Positions 57,745 to 57,848 of a stretch of DNA of 57,848 nucleotides are shown in pieces; the stretch's first letter is position 1, and the number at the start of each line of letters is the position of its first letter. Source of the DNA: Anaerolineae bacterium (GTDB taxonomy: Bacteria > Chloroflexota > Anaerolineae > B4-G1 > SLSP01); assembly GCA_049975385.1 (NCBI GenBank), contig JBNGDO010000006.1:935-58782 (forward strand). The letters are read 5' to 3'. Below the pieces are notes generated by a model. The model was not told where the DNA came from and did no database searches. It worked only from the letters and a program-made list of their open reading frames with translations. The translations under genes and the position numbers were made by a program.

Positions 57745-57848
57745 TCAGCTCATAATCTCCACAATCTGTTCCCGGAACCACGTGATGTTCTCCTCGTTCA
57801 GGCAATAGCAGCGCGCCGGGCCTTCGGTGACGCCGGAAATCCAGCCGG
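57745..57848 (-). CDS. ArsR/SmtB-family regulator (HgcR-like), C-terminal fragment at window edge
   Basis: Manual translation ...GWISGVTEGPARCYCLNEENITWFREQIVEIMS*, an ArsR-type wing with CYC, directly upstream of hgcA; not in the ORF track. Confidence 0.7.
   Translation of the reverse strand, partial: GWISGVTEGPARCYCLNEENITWFREQIVEIMS

Overview
57.8-kb bacterial chromosomal segment, most likely Chloroflexota/Anaerolineae. This is an inference from the FPETGH-type repeat protein, an S8 protease ending in YLPVI, a GAAC-N4-GTNC LexA box and short-unit palindromic intergenic repeats. Housekeeping and transport content: two peptide ABC clusters, a hybrid histidine kinase/response regulator pair, lexA, a large subtilase, an ABC-2 exporter, glgX, rsmG, an M42 peptidase, truD, ftsH, an ECF sigma/anti-sigma pair, rnc, clpC, a BMP-type nucleoside ABC importer, a NahK-like kinase, vapBC, an RsmF-like methyltransferase and an F420-dependent oxidoreductase. 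The right end carries an ArsR-hgcA-hgcB mercury-methylation cluster. The most unusual region is a 7-gene operon at 23748-35770. It encodes a CHAT protease-SIR2-like fusion, an nSTAND1 NTPase-TM-WD40 receptor, two signal-peptide-less gingipain(C25)-like His/Cys proteases and three small proteins. One ~110-aa domain I cannot name recurs four times in it (once fused to a protease). It is a candidate NLR-triggered multi-protease immunity or cell-death cascade. Other notable signals: a probable AUC start and leader hairpin for rnc, an extended 16S-complementary element in the BMP leader, and an 89-bp MITE present twice. All calls are by eye; no searches were run.
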